Shown: piece after piece, positions 1 to 6,619 of the stretch
Numbering within the stretch: the stretch's first letter is position 1
How the letters are laid out: every line of letters begins with the position of its first letter
NCBI GenBank assembly: GCA_964504825.1
Contig: CAZDGO010000001.1
Span: forward strand, 1-32,060
Direction: 5' to 3'
DNA from: an uncultured Gaiellales bacterium
Lineage (GTDB): Bacteria; Actinomycetota; Thermoleophilia; RBG-16-64-13
Length of the DNA stretch: 32,060 nucleotides
Position numbers and translations under genes: made by a program
The notes under the pieces: generated by a model
The model's database searches: none
What the model was told of the DNA's origin: nothing
What the model saw: the letters and a program-made list of their open reading frames with translations, nothing else

Positions 1-98
1 CCTCGCTTCTTCACGTTGCACGCCGCCTCGATGATCGCCTGCACCTGCACCTTGTAGATATCGGGGTACAGGATCCCGAGCCGGCAACCGCGGTGCCG
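1..98 (-). pseudogene. Fragment of a pyruvate,phosphate dikinase / PEP-utilising-enzyme TIM-barrel protein. It runs off the left edge, and the N-terminal part (roughly 550 codons in full-length PPDK) is absent.
   Basis: Minus-strand translation of 98..1 reads [31 protein letters not shown]. This matches the conserved PPDK block (G-x-RGCRL-x-x-x-YPEI-x-x-MQ-x-RA-x-x-EAA-x-x-VK). Same-frame sequence upstream (99-185) shows no PPDK similarity and lies inside hemY. Confidence 0.45.
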
Positions 99-112
99 GC
101 TGGCCCGAGCGG

Positions 113-1597
113 CTAGCCCGCCGTAGAGCCGGTCAGATCGTCGAGGAGTGCCCGTGCCTGTGCGCGGCTGAAGCGGATCGTGTCGGGGATGCCCGAGCCC
201 TTGTAGGCTCCACCTGCCACACGTACGCCGCAGAGACCGGCCAGCCGTGCGTCAATGCGCTCCACGCGCTCTAGGTGTCCCACCACGTACTGCGGCATGG
301 CGCGGTCCCACCGGTAGGCACGCGACCACAGCGGCGGCATCGATACGCCCAGGATGTCGGCCAGCTCCGCGCGGGCCATCTCCGCCATATCCTCCTCACT
401 CAGACCGTCGGTCTCACCTGCCGTGGCTCTGATGAAGCAGCGCATCAACACGACGTCGGCAGGTGCGCGGCCGTAGAATTTCGAGGTGACCCAGGTGAAC
501 GCCTTGACGCGCCTCTGCTCACCCTTGGGGATCACCAGTCCGAATCCGTCGAGGTGAGTCGGGAACAGAGATGCCGGATAGGCCAGCGTCACGGTCGCCG
601 AGGACACGTATGGGATCGCGTCGAGTTCGCCGGCCAGCACTGGATCGACCCCTCTGAGTATCTTCGCCGTAGCGTAGGCCGGGGTAGCGAATATGACCCC
701 GTCGGCCTCATGCGTCGCACCGGCGACGGTACGCACCGTCCAGCCGCCATCGGGGCCAGCCGAGAGGTTGTTCACGGACTCGGATGTGCGCAGCGCGGCT
801 GCGCCGACCCGTTGACTCAGTTCCGTTATCAATTCCCCGAGGCCTTCGTCAAGAGTCATGAACATGGTGCGCGGTGGCCGGGCCGGGACGTTCGACGCCG
901 AGGCGACGGCCGACGCCCGAGCCGTCCGCACGGCCCTCATCCGCTTCAGCATGGCCACGATCAGGCTGCGATCCTCTCGTTCCATGTCGACGAAACGCGG
1001 GAAGGTCGCTTTGATGCTCATGGTTTCGGGGTCGCCGCTGTGGATGCCCGCCACGAGTGGTTCGCCCAGCTTGTCCAGGGTTTCGTGCCCCAGCCGCCGA
1101 CGGATGAAATCGCCGAGGGTCTCATCCGCACCATCGGTCCGGCGTGGCAGGACCAAGTCGAGAGCCATCCTCATCTTGCCGGGCCACGAGAAGAGCCGGG
1201 TGGTGATGAACGGCATGATCCGCGTGGGAACGAGAAGGATCAACCCATCAGGCAGAGGATGCGGTCTCCCTTTCCAGAGTACGTACGTGCGTCGGCGGGC
1301 GTCGTTCGTGCCGGCGAGGCGCCGGCCGAGCCCCAGTTCCTCGATCAGCTCGATGGCCCATGGCTTCTCGCTGACAAAGCAATCAGGGCCGCCTTCGACG
1401 ATGCACCCGTCGACCCGCTCGGTCAGTACGCTCCCGCCCACACGCTCACGAGTCTCGAGTACGGTGACCTGCACATCGAGGTTTCGGCGAGCGGCCTCCC
1501 GTCCGATTTCGTAGGCGGCCGCCATCCCACCCACTCCCCCGCCTACGACCAAGAGGGCAAGGGGCCGCGGCGGGGACGAAGGCTCCGGACCGATCAC
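113..1597 (-). CDS. hemY: Protoporphyrinogen/coproporphyrinogen III oxidase (HemY/CgoX, FAD-dependent)
   Basis: I trimmed track ORF 113..1855 to the GTG at 1597-1595, which overlaps the hemH stop as GTGA. The dinucleotide-binding motif [17 protein letters not shown] follows shortly after this start. The rest has HemY-family character, ending [20 protein letters not shown]. The upstream 86 codons of the track ORF are Arg/Gly-rich and overlap hemH. Confidence 0.85.
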   Translation of the reverse strand: MIGPEPSSPPRPLALLVVGGGVGGMAAAYEIGREAARRNLDVQVTVLETRERVGGSVLTERVDGCIVEGGPDCFVSEKPWAIELIEELGLGRRLAGTNDARRRTYVLWKGRPHPLPDGLILLVPTRIMPFITTRLFSWPGKMRMALDLVLPRRTDGADETLGDFIRRRLGHETLDKLGEPLVAGIHSGDPETMSIKATFPRFVDMEREDRSLIVAMLKRMRAVRTARASAVASASNVPARPPRTMFMTLDEGLGELITELSQRVGAAALRTSESVNNLSAGPDGGWTVRTVAGATHEADGVIFATPAYATAKILRGVDPVLAGELDAIPYVSSATVTLAYPASLFPTHLDGFGLVIPKGEQRRVKAFTWVTSKFYGRAPADVVLMRCFIRATAGETDGLSEEDMAEMARAELADILGVSMPPLWSRAYRWDRAMPQYVVGHLERVERIDARLAGLCGVRVAGGAYKGSGIPDTIRFSRAQARALLDDLTGSTAG

Positions 1598-2592
1598 GCC
1601 GCTTCCTCGCCCGCTTCGACCACCTGTTGCGCGACCGCCACAGCCAGAGTTTCTATGAACCGGGGCGAATCCTGCACCGTTGAGGCTCGGCGGAAGCCCA
1701 GCCCCAACTCGGCGGCCCGGGCGGCGAGGGCTACGTCTAGATCGTAGAGCGTCTCCAGGTGCTCGGAGACGAACCCCAGCGGTACGACCACCACCTCTCG
1801 CCTGCCGGCCGCCGCCTCCTCGGCGAGTGCGTCCGCGACATCGGGGCCGAGCCATTTCACACCAGGGCGGTCGCTGCGGCTCTGGTAGGCGAGCCGCCAG
1901 GGCAGATGGCCGACCAGGGCCATGACGCCCCGAGCGGTCTCGAGGAGCGCCGACTCGTAGTCGGCGTCACGCTCCCCCCCTTCCATCGGCAGGCTGTGCG
2001 CGGTAAAGAAAACCGAAAGGTCGCTCCGCTCTCCACCGTCGCTCAGTGGGAGCACCTCGCGCACTCGTTCGGCCAGCGCCTCGAGGAACAGAGGAGCCGC
2101 ATGCCAGCGCGCGACGAACCGCACCCGGCCCGGCGTGGGGTCGCCGAGGGCGGAACAGGCCGCCTCCACATCGGCGACGTAGCCTCCGGTCGCGCGGGCA
2201 GATTGGTGTGAAGCGAGGATGACGGCCACGGCCCGACCTCTACCGAAGTCGAGCGCCTGCTCCACGGCGTGCGAGATGGAAGGTTCCGTGAAGCGCATGC
2301 CTACGAAGGTGCCCACCTCCGGCGGCTCGCCGTCAGTTCCGGCCAGCCCGGCGGCACCCGGCCCACGGAGGTAGGCGTCGAGAGCCGAAGCCTGGGCGAA
2401 CGTGTTCTCCGCCAGAGGGGATGCCCCGCCGATGGCCCGATAGCGGGCAAGCGCCCGCTCCACCATCTGCGCGCTCGGCACGCGCGGCACCAGGACCCGA
2501 GCCAGGAACGGCTTCACCTCGTCCAGATGCTTGGGCCCGCCGTAGGCGAGCACCAGCACGGCCACAGGCCCGCCTGCCACGGCATGTCCCAC
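1594..2592 (-). CDS. hemH: Ferrochelatase (coproporphyrin ferrochelatase type)
   Basis: 332-aa ORF with ferrochelatase blocks: VLVLAYGGPKHLDEVKPFL, FTAHSLP and VVVVPLGFVSEHLETLYDLD. It lies between hemE and hemY, as in the Bacillus hemEHY operon. Confidence 0.85.
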   Translation of the reverse strand: MGHAVAGGPVAVLVLAYGGPKHLDEVKPFLARVLVPRVPSAQMVERALARYRAIGGASPLAENTFAQASALDAYLRGPGAAGLAGTDGEPPEVGTFVGMRFTEPSISHAVEQALDFGRGRAVAVILASHQSARATGGYVADVEAACSALGDPTPGRVRFVARWHAAPLFLEALAERVREVLPLSDGGERSDLSVFFTAHSLPMEGGERDADYESALLETARGVMALVGHLPWRLAYQSRSDRPGVKWLGPDVADALAEEAAAGRREVVVVPLGFVSEHLETLYDLDVALAARAAELGLGFRRASTVQDSPRFIETLAVAVAQQVVEAGEEAA

Positions 2593-2603
2593 AAGTGCCT
2601 GGC

Positions 2604-3635
2604 TTACCGCGCGCTCATACGGTGCACGGCGTCCACCATGACGGCCACGCTCTCCGGAGGCGTCTCGGGCAAGACACCATGTCCCAGATTGAAGATGTGC
2701 CCGGGTCTGCCCGCCGCGGAGGCGAGCACCGCTTCGACCTTGTCCTCGATCACATCTGGCGGCGCGAACAGCGTTATCGGATCAAGGTTGCCCTGCACAC
2801 CCACGTCAGGGCCAAGTAGCTGCCAGGCATCCGTCAGGTCCATCCGCCAGTCGACCCCCAAAACGTCTCCTCCGGCCTGCCGCATCAGTGGAAGCAAGGT
2901 CGCGGTGTCGGTGCCGAAATGGATGATCGGAACCGTGTCGGCCAGCTCTTCCATCACGCGGGTACTGTAGGGCAGCACGTACTCGCGATAGTCACCCGGC
3001 GACAGGATGCCCACCCAACTGTCGAACAGCTGCACGACGTGCACACCCGCCGCTATCTGGTAGCGCAAGTAGGAGACGATGCTCGACGTGACTTTCTCCA
3101 TGAACCGGTGCCACTCGCGGGGCTGGGCATACATGAGGGTCTTCGTGGCTACGAAATTCTTCGAACCACCGCCTTCGATCATGTAGCTCGCGAGGGTGAA
3201 CGGTGCACCCGAAAAACCGATCAAAGGCGCGCGGCCATCGATCTCATGCAGCACCAACCGAATGGCTTCGGCAAGGAACGGCACGTCGGTCTCCGGCGTG
3301 AGCATCGTGATCGCGTCAATATCAGAACTGGTCCGCACAGGGTTCCCGATGACCGGTCCTCCACCTTTCGCGAAGGTAAGGTCGATGCCCATCCCCGGGA
3401 GCGGCAGCAAGATGTCGGCGAAGATGATGGCCGCGTCGAAGTCGAACCGGCGCAGAGGTTGCACGGTGACCTCGGCGGCCAACTCGGGCGTGCGGCACAT
3501 TTCCAGGAACGAGTGCTTGGCGCGTATGGCCCGGTATTCCTCCAAGTAGCGCCCCGCCTGTCGCATCATCCAGACCGGCGTGCAATCGACAGCTTCCCGG
3601 CGGCAGGCCCTCAAGAACCGGTAGTCGGGTGTCAT
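2604..3635 (-). CDS. hemE: Uroporphyrinogen decarboxylase
   Basis: The ATG at 3635-3633 is preceded by GAAAGGA. The N-terminus MTPDYRFLRACRREAVDCTPVWMMRQAGRYL and the block FNLGHGVLPETP are URO-D signatures. The 55 extra N-terminal codons of the track ORF lack homology. Confidence 0.9.
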   Translation of the reverse strand: MTPDYRFLRACRREAVDCTPVWMMRQAGRYLEEYRAIRAKHSFLEMCRTPELAAEVTVQPLRRFDFDAAIIFADILLPLPGMGIDLTFAKGGGPVIGNPVRTSSDIDAITMLTPETDVPFLAEAIRLVLHEIDGRAPLIGFSGAPFTLASYMIEGGGSKNFVATKTLMYAQPREWHRFMEKVTSSIVSYLRYQIAAGVHVVQLFDSWVGILSPGDYREYVLPYSTRVMEELADTVPIIHFGTDTATLLPLMRQAGGDVLGVDWRMDLTDAWQLLGPDVGVQGNLDPITLFAPPDVIEDKVEAVLASAAGRPGHIFNLGHGVLPETPPESVAVMVDAVHRMSAR

Positions 3636-3968
3636 CGGCGTCCTTTCGTCTCGGGTTCGGCGGACGCGCGACTGTCCTGCCGAGCCACGGGGAATCTCCA
3701 TGCGGGCGGAATAGGATACCAGGTGCGGCAGCGAGCCAACGTGATCCCCCACGTCAGTCACAGTCGACTCTCCTCCTATCGTTGGACAACCTATTCCCAA
3801 GTTATCACGCCGTTCCTGCCCGCTTCAGGGTCAAGGATGATCTCAGACCACCAAAGGCCGCCCGAAAAGCCCCGGAAAAGCGAGTGCGTAGACAGCCCGA
3901 GACCCCGAGGGTTGCAGGACATTTCGCCTCGGTGACCTTGTGCAATATGGTACTATCGAAGGCCGGTT

Positions 3969-4673
3969 ATGACTATTGATCTCGCCCACCCTGCCGTCTC
4001 TCTGGAGATGCTGAGCCGCCTCCTCGATCAGGTGACCTCAGCCCTCATGGCGGTCGACGCCGCCGGGCGGATCATCGTCATGAACGCGGACGCCCAGGCT
4101 GCTCTCCGTGTGCCTGTCGAGGAGTGCATCGGCTCAAGGCTGGATGACGACGTGGGAGCGAACCCGCGAGTTCCGATCCATGGCTCAGGCGCTCCGGGCG
4201 TGTCTAGACTCCCCCCGCGTAGTTCGCCGCCAAACGGCCACCGTGGGCCGGCGATGAGGCCGGCACAATCGGGTATGCGACAGGGGCCGGCGCGACTCCT
4301 CGACCTGGAGCCCGACATCACGATCATGTCCCAGGTGGCGTCCGGGCGCGAGGTGGACGGCGTCGAGGCCACCGCTGTGATCTCCCAGCACTATCCCGAC
4401 GTGAAGGTGATCGCGCGCGCGATCAGGGTGGTGGCCGCCGGAGGCTCCATCGTCAGCCCCTCTGAGCGGCAACGCCTCAACCTATCCGACCGGGAGATCG
4501 AGATTCTACGCCAGCAGGCCACGCCGAAGAGCCCGCCCTAGATCGGGCGGGAGTTCTTCATATCCACCAAGACCGTCCCAAATCACATCTCAAACATCTA
4601 CCGCAAGCTCAAGGTCAACAGCCGGACCGAGGCCGTCATGAAGGCCATGGAGTTCGGTCTGATCACCAAGTAG
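3969..4673 (+). pseudogene. Chimeric or decayed regulator made of a PAS N-terminal piece, two short NarL-type receiver pieces and a LuxR HTH, interrupted by an in-frame TAG at 4539-4541
   Basis: The PAS-like start is LLDQVTSALMAVDAAGRIIVMNADAQAAL. The receiver remnants are LLDLEPDITIMSQVASGRE, VDGVEATAVISQHYPDVKVI and RAIRVVAAGGSIVSPSE, with the intervening receiver segments missing. LSDREIEILRQ is followed by a TAG, then the same frame continues as IGREFFISTKTVPNHISNIYRKLKVNSRTEAVMKAMEFGLITK, a good LuxR HTH, up to the TAG at 4671-4673. Confidence 0.7.
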
Positions 4674-4691
4674 CGCTGGGACAGTGAAAAG

Positions 4692-5015
4692 ATGAAAAGA
4701 CAACACTCGCGACCCACCCCCTACCCGGTACGGGCGACCAGGACCGGGATGCAACCCGGTGGTGCAGGGACCATGGGGCGGGCCGCCGTCCTCGCGTTCC
4801 TCATCACGCTGAGCGCGCTCCTAGCCGCCGGCTGCGGCGCAGATCCCGTCACGCTCACCGACAGCACTCCAGCTGCCGGCGCTACCATCTCGCTCGCCGG
4901 CTCCGGCACTGCCCAACCCCTGATCGAGCTGCTCGCGGACGCCTACCACCAATAGAACCCGAACATCGACTTCGAGTTCATGCCGCAGATGCACTCGGGA
5001 GGTGGGATCCGCGGA
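4692..5015 (+). pseudogene. N-terminal fragment of a PstS/PhoT-family substrate-binding lipoprotein, with an in-frame TAG at 4953-4955 and truncation near 5015
   Basis: It has a signal peptide plus lipobox (AVLAFLITLSALLAAGC). ISLAGSGTAQPLIELLADAYHQ is followed by a TAG, then the same frame reads NPNIDFEFMPQMHSGGGIRG. This fits the PstS pattern GS-x-T-x-x-P-L ... GSG-x-GI. Similarity ends where the HD-GYP gene begins in another frame. Confidence 0.6.
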
Positions 5016-6141
5016 GCAGACGCTCCAGGAGAACGCCACCACCATCCAGGCGCGCCTCGAGGAGATGTCTCTCCTCTACGCCTTCAGCTCGGCCGCGAAC
5101 TCCACCCTCGATCTTCGCGAGATCCTCCAGACTCTGCTCCAGAGCACAGCCCGGGTCCTTGGCGCTGACTCGGGGAGCATCATGATGGTGAGCCGCTCAG
5201 GCGCTGAGCTGCATATCATGGCGGCCATCGAGCAGCACCGGCTGCTGCAGCTCGACAAGCGGGTGCCCATATCCGACGGGGTAGCCGGTTGGGTGGCCCA
5301 GAACCGCATGCCGCTGATCCTCCCGCGCGACTTCGAGAACCATCCGGAGCTCGCCGACTACCGGCGCGGAGACGTTGAGGTCGCCTTGTGCATCCCCGTA
5401 GAGAACAAGGACTCCGTACTGGGCGTACTGAACCTCAACAGCTCCGATCCCGGCCACATCTTCACCGACGAGTCGGCCGCCCTGGTGGCCGCCCTCGCCA
5501 ATCAAGCGGCCGTGGCCATCGACAACGCCACCCTGTTCCAGACGCTCTCCGAGCTGCACGGTCGCGTGGTACGGGCCCTCGGCGCCGCCATCGACGCGAA
5601 GGACCGCTACACCCAGGGCCACTCGACGGTGGTGGCCTACTACGGAGTGCAGCTCGCCGCCAGCATGGGGCTCTCGGATGCCGAACTCGAAGACCTGGAG
5701 ATCGCCGGCTACCTTCACGACCTCGGGAAGATCGGCATCCACGACGACATCCTCAACAAGGACGGTCTTCTCTCCGCCGGCGAGCGGAACGTCATCCGCA
5801 CCCACCCGGTCATCGGTGCCACCATCATCGAGCCCGTGGGCTTCGCCTGGGAGATCGTGGCCGCGGTACGACATCACCACGAGTGGTGGAACGGGCAGGG
5901 CTATCCGGACGGCCTCAAGGGGAGCCAGATTCCCCTCGGCGCCCGTATCCTCTCTGTGGTAGACGCCTTCGAGGCGATGACGGCCATCCGGCCCTACAAG
6001 CCGGCGTTGAATTTCGAAGAGGCCTGGATGGAGATATCGCGCATGGCCGGCACTCAGTTCGATCCGGACGTGGTGGAGCATTTCCTCAGTATCCTCGATA
6101 CTCTCGTCGTCACGCAGCCGCTGGCTCAGCTCAGAGCCTGA
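5002..6141 (+). CDS. GAF domain / HD-GYP domain protein (putative c-di-GMP phosphodiesterase)
   Basis: 379-aa ORF. It has a GAF-like N-half (LDLREILQTLLQSTARVLGADSGSIMMV ... VLGVLNLNS). The HD-GYP half contains GHSTVVAYYG, YLHDLGKIGI, HHHEWWNGQGYPDGLKG and VVDAFEAMTAIRPY. The start is uncertain: the GTG at 5002 abuts GGGAGG with no spacer, and the 5' end overlaps the PstS fragment. Confidence 0.8.
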   Translation: MGSAEQTLQENATTIQARLEEMSLLYAFSSAANSTLDLREILQTLLQSTARVLGADSGSIMMVSRSGAELHIMAAIEQHRLLQLDKRVPISDGVAGWVAQNRMPLILPRDFENHPELADYRRGDVEVALCIPVENKDSVLGVLNLNSSDPGHIFTDESAALVAALANQAAVAIDNATLFQTLSELHGRVVRALGAAIDAKDRYTQGHSTVVAYYGVQLAASMGLSDAELEDLEIAGYLHDLGKIGIHDDILNKDGLLSAGERNVIRTHPVIGATIIEPVGFAWEIVAAVRHHHEWWNGQGYPDGLKGSQIPLGARILSVVDAFEAMTAIRPYKPALNFEEAWMEISRMAGTQFDPDVVEHFLSILDTLVVTQPLAQLRA

Positions 6142-6144
6142 GCG

Positions 6145-6561
6145 GCCACGGACCGCACATACCTTAGTCGCCGGCATCTTGGCCACGGGGTCCAGCTCGG
6201 AGCAGGTCAATACGTTCGTCGGCACTTCCGCGGAATGGAACGACATGGACACGGTACCAGGCGGGCAGGCCTCGGTCACCAGAACTTGGGCCTCTACTTC
6301 GCCCCCTGCGGGACGGGAACGGCCATTGTAGGCCACCCTGCTCGAGGCGCGCGTAAGAGATGCCGCCGTTGCCGGCACCAAGCCGGCGATCTCGGCGGTT
6401 ATCCACCAGTCGGGCTTCGCGTCGCCGAGAGGTTCGAGGGCCTTCCGCACCCGTTGCACCAGACGCTCAGTATTGGTGAAAGTGCCGTCTTTCTCGGCGA
6501 ACGAAGCTCCGGGCAGTACAACGTCGGCCATCTGGGCGGTCTCGGAGAGGAAGAGGTCCTG
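6145..6561 (-). pseudogene. Remnant of a second molybdopterin formate dehydrogenase alpha subunit. Two C-terminal pieces are joined in frame, and about 130 internal codons plus the whole N-terminus are missing.
   Basis: The minus frame reads QDLFLSETAQMADVVLPGASFAEKDGTFTNTERLVQRVRKALEPLGDAKPDWWI. This parallels the intact FdhA block [54 protein letters not shown]. It is followed by GGEVEAQVLVTEACPPGTVSMSFHSAEVPTNVLTCSELDPVAKMPATKVCAVR, the molybdopterin dinucleotide-binding domain end. The frame then runs into the antisense of the HD-GYP gene. Confidence 0.7.
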
Positions 6562-6619
6562 GGGTGCAGTCGACCGGTTCGCGGCGGCAGGCCTTCAGAA
6601 AGCGGAAATCAGACGTCAC
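6560..6619 (-). pseudogene. 20-codon 5' stub of a hemE paralogue. Its GTG overlaps the fdhA stop codon as GTGA.
   Basis: The minus strand reads GTG ACG TCT GAT TTC CGC TTT CTG AAG GCC TGC CGC CGC GAA CCG GTC GAC TGC ACC CCA, which translates to VTSDFRFLKACRREPVDCTP. The intact hemE N-terminus is MTPDYRFLRACRREAVDCTP. By my hand alignment 44 of 60 nt and 15 of 20 residues are identical. Similarity stops exactly where the FDH remnant starts. Confidence 0.7.

Noticed and set aside
1598-1855. N-terminal extensions of track ORFs: hemY 1598-1855, hemE 3636-3800, acsE 12665-12898, acsC 18026-18103, folD 24275-24340, XRE 30355-30915 and metallopeptidase 31670-31864.
   Set aside because: The extensions overlap neighbouring genes or are Arg/Gly/Pro-rich with no homology. 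Internal starts have Shine-Dalgarno sequences and give N-termini collinear with characterised homologues.
3636-3968. The 333-nt gap between hemE and the PAS/LuxR remnant was examined for a riboswitch, sRNA, small ORF or clear divergent promoters.
   Set aside because: I could not identify a convincing conserved RNA motif, hairpin-plus-U-tract or good -35/-10 pair by eye. Candidate hexamers (TTGGCT/TATCCT on the minus strand, TACTAT on the plus strand) have poor spacing.
4539-4955. Two in-frame TAG codons (4539 and 4953) in adjacent genes might indicate amber recoding, pyrrolysine or stop-codon reassignment.
   Set aside because: TAG is the evident genuine stop of many intact genes here (hemY, the NuoE-like gene, acsE, metF, metV, acsC, acsA, acsD, acsV, fhs). 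No pyl genes are present. Both TAG-containing ORFs also carry domain-scale deletions, so pseudogenes are the parsimonious reading.
5197-6141. The part of minus-strand ORF 5197..6531 (444 aa) that overlaps the HD-GYP gene.
   Set aside because: Only its first roughly 130 codons (6145-6531) show FDH similarity. The rest is antisense read-through of the well-conserved HD-GYP gene.
3969-6619. The fragment patchwork could be a mobile element or integron-like cassette array.
   Set aside because: I saw no transposase, integrase or recombinase ORF, no terminal inverted repeats, no target-site duplication and no attC-like repeats. It is reported only as recombination/decay scars.
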